Of a DNA stretch of 34,736 nt, positions 33,401 to 34,736 are shown piece after piece (positions within the stretch are counted from its first letter, which is position 1; every line of letters begins with the position of its first letter). Source of the DNA: a virus (lineage: Duplodnaviria; Caudoviricetes); the IMG/VR virus record IMGVR_UViG_3300031701_000006, positions 1-34,736 of that record; one strand, written 5' to 3'. The notes beneath the pieces were generated by a model. It was not told the origin of the DNA. It worked only from the letters and a program-made list of their open reading frames with translations, and did not search any database. A program made the position numbers and the translations under genes.

Positions 33401-34736
33401 CCTTGTTGAGTTCTTTGAGCAGGAGAATGAAGAATTAAACGAAATCTTCGCGGAACAACGCGAGGTGTCCAAAACACTCACCGAAGACAGGGACCGCCTC
33501 GCGCGATGGATTAAACACGGTGAAGGTGATATTGAAAAGTATCTCCTTGAAAACGATAGAGACGGTTATCTGCAACACCTGCGCGATCAGGGCTGGGACG
33601 ACGCCACGATCCACGAGATGACTGGAAATCCTGAATACCCGGACCACGGGGACGGCATATTCGGTTCCGCCAAGGACTCAATGGACGACATCTTCGAGGG
33701 CTATAAGGAATGGGAACGGCTCGAGGGTGAGGTCGGCAACTTCCGCGAGCATGGCCACGGTTTGGACACTGCCAAGCAATTGATACGAGATGCTAGAGAA
33801 ACTCGTCGTGCCGGAATGGGCTCCCGAAAAAGGGAGTCTCGTAGGGATAAACGCAAGGCGGGCGCTGGTCGAAATAACGAACGTCAAACGACAGCACCAA
33901 AAATCGTTAGAGCGGGCGCCGGGCTGGGCCACGACCATGAGGTCTACCCCGGGGACGGCGACTCCCATGAAAGTGCCGCCATCAAACGCGTGTTTTATGA
34001 CGCCGCCAATCAAGAACTGCAAGTCTGGTTCAGGCAAGCCAGCCAAACCACTGGGGAGGGGTCGATAGCACACGCCTATGTCTATGGGGGTGTCAGCCCG
34101 GAGATGGTGGATGACATCAAAAATGTTGAGCAGGTCGGCACCGCGATCAACAAGATAAAGAAGACCGCGACGTACACCAAAAAGCCCAACGGAACATACG
34201 ACGGAGATCCCCCCTCAATGGCCGACCGCATTGAGAGCGACAAGAAGCGTTTGCTCGATGGCAAAGTACTGATGCCTTGGGCAAAAGAGGCTTACGAGAC
34301 TGCCCACGACATTATGACGGGCAAAAAGAAGGGGAGCGATTATACAGATCGGCTTCGTATGCTCCAGAGCCTCGACCTTCTTGCGATCACCCTCATAAGC
34401 ATTGACGAGTCAGCCGCAGCCAACCGACTGCACGAGGCACGCTACAGGGTGACCACCGGTGACCGCGATCGCATCAATCCGCATCCCAGTGGGATCATGG
34501 AAATCAAACTCTCCGAGGATGAACTGGTTGGCATCAGGCAAACCATCCGTCACCTGGCAAGTTCGAACTGGTTTAGCGACAACGATCGCGTCAAGTCGGC
34601 CATGAAGATACTCGACAAGAAAGTCGAGGACGCCAAGGCTGGAGCATTCCGTATCAACACCGCTGAATACAAAGAAATCATGGATGCATTTACCGCCATG
34701 CGTGCCATGGATAGCGCGGGCGTACACATGCAACTC
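30495..34736 (+). CDS. Giant HK97-type prohead protease fusion/polyprotein, at least 1414 aa, runs off the window (absent from ORF track)
   Basis: GAGGAG SD, ATG 30495, no in-frame stop to 34736. The first 172 aa are Peptidase S78-like: GNKDSVGDII.PGAF, VVWGHNWNDPIG (His), EWSIGY (Ser), LREVELYECSPVLHGAN. Confidence 0.9.
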   Translation, partial: MPATVMDNILTKATNGQVSVDEAQGIVECFVAGIGNKDSVGDIIQPGAFAGSLQRRKPRVVWGHNWNDPIGKILEIYEVGPSDNRLPAKMKEGGVGGLYARVQFNLGSEKGREAFASVAFFGEEQEWSIGYKTINATQDPVRQANLLREVELYECSPVLHGANQLTGTISVKGAGQAVMEHEETHVAAVGGLDFRFDDFDEKDGLLAMMPVETPRDTSSDQMNRKLELELMSRSPQPIKLITAENGIAVFHVERSDNGSAIFRVHYHYNPECGFMLGRPERVMPQMVYAPTNEPPIMRVKPQVNPSSRYSNENDMMPRVMRIVQKLTDDQKSLEPDDLLIEIPLESAFATKSLLDPIIDYHGAVAEVVNEGIFIHSGATPEFITAVETATKGLGRRIGPGRGGGGGLGKVRRAARAVSVFDPKAWDGDGDGIVQEGTPFERPAVPGINTNLPGMPKTRVKPTDYPDDHRKRGDGLGRRAPMYGDDLPESVRPASWGPKNPAAPPGWPKPGEGIFDGRNGDDLVEDGHPIPSIFTPNRIRPYRGRGERAVNDVYRGGLRNRYYLAGKDKGEYPDNSELDDQIFDASFGISGEPKKRSEILKEFDMDEDEFHVRFGRAITRIKEGGRDDAAATKYLKEEAKWHDASPSTESGIGGIIGNPAVVNPLYRDEDGNLITDPADLAPGVDPEPIMPKLDQRTLSWFKGALLMRDRGFDDETIDALLGPLTINGASPNVPEGTPTRALRQVGLSPTVPPMPVMKRDPIPWDEMEREYEIGTDGDLSLLFLLNAWSRQADLTPEEADADDKAASIRALLDDTVLREGEIPKGQSGKPERKPNTSVWGEHREDVPDKDEEVESLRDLVPGELVAPKAAELLPPDDGSFAAELEKKVGLRSSRREMESDKRRELASNSLEENLASLSDALGREQDWEDANPDFDIDNPPDAGPKGYSDELEAWGDKWEERVAIEHEVNDLVEFFEQENEELNEIFAEQREVSKTLTEDRDRLARWIKHGEGDIEKYLLENDRDGYLQHLRDQGWDDATIHEMTGNPEYPDHGDGIFGSAKDSMDDIFEGYKEWERLEGEVGNFREHGHGLDTAKQLIRDARETRRAGMGSRKRESRRDKRKAGAGRNNERQTTAPKIVRAGAGLGHDHEVYPGDGDSHESAAIKRVFYDAANQELQVWFRQASQTTGEGSIAHAYVYGGVSPEMVDDIKNVEQVGTAINKIKKTATYTKKPNGTYDGDPPSMADRIESDKKRLLDGKVLMPWAKEAYETAHDIMTGKKKGSDYTDRLRMLQSLDLLAITLISIDESAAANRLHEARYRVTTGDRDRINPHPSGIMEIKLSEDELVGIRQTIRHLASSNWFSDNDRVKSAMKILDKKVEDAKAGAFRINTAEYKEIMDAFTAMRAMDSAGVHMQL

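Larger units (their letters stand above)
1..34736. mobile_element. Segment of a myovirus-like Caudoviricetes genome (phage or prophage), probably actinobacterial host
   Basis: Terminase, portal, prohead protease, neck, sheath, tube, tape measure, baseplate and holin genes are all present. No host housekeeping genes, integrase or att site are visible. Confidence 0.96.

Noticed and set aside
30428-34733. Numerous short ORFs on both strands that make the right end look gene-poor or fragmented
   Set aside because: All lie within or overlap the single open plus-strand frame starting at 30495, which the track omitted for lack of a stop codon.
1-34736. Stop-codon reassignment, tRNA genes, introns/inteins in terL or other genes
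   Set aside because: Genes are intact in the standard code with normal lengths. No cloverleaf, intein or intron signature was seen by eye.

Overview
The whole window is part of a tailed dsDNA phage genome with a contractile tail (myovirus morphology). The host is most likely an actinobacterium: there is an r1t-type holin and several leaderless TANNNT-N6/7-ATG gene starts. On the minus strand, from right to left, come large terminase, a recombination block (Rad52/22-like annealase, PD-(D/E)XK exonuclease, HNH, RuvC-like, UvsY-like) and a ParB / PAPS-reductase-like (IbrA) / IbrB-like module. These are followed by an unannotated Arg-rich peptide, neck genes, sheath, tube, a tail chaperone with a -1 frameshift, a tape measure protein ending in an M15-type peptidase, baseplate genes, holin and fibre genes. 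On the plus strand, divergent from terminase, lie a small membrane protein, a portal fused to a partial MuF-like region, and an ORF of at least 1414 codons (30495 to the window end) that is missing from the ORF track. Two observations stand out. (1) That giant ORF is an HK97-type prohead protease carrying over 1200 aa of cargo: a sigma70 region-4-like HTH with an acidic recognition helix, a KTSC-like domain, acidic tracts and recurring G[LM][RG][SRN]R linker motifs. It looks like a self-processed, virion-packaged effector polyprotein. (2) A regulatory design recurs in which a -10 box sits inside an RNA hairpin that hides the downstream SD or start codon (four sites). Together with five leaderless genes, this would let late genes be translated only from their own promoters. 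All domain calls come from motif recognition by eye; no database search was run.
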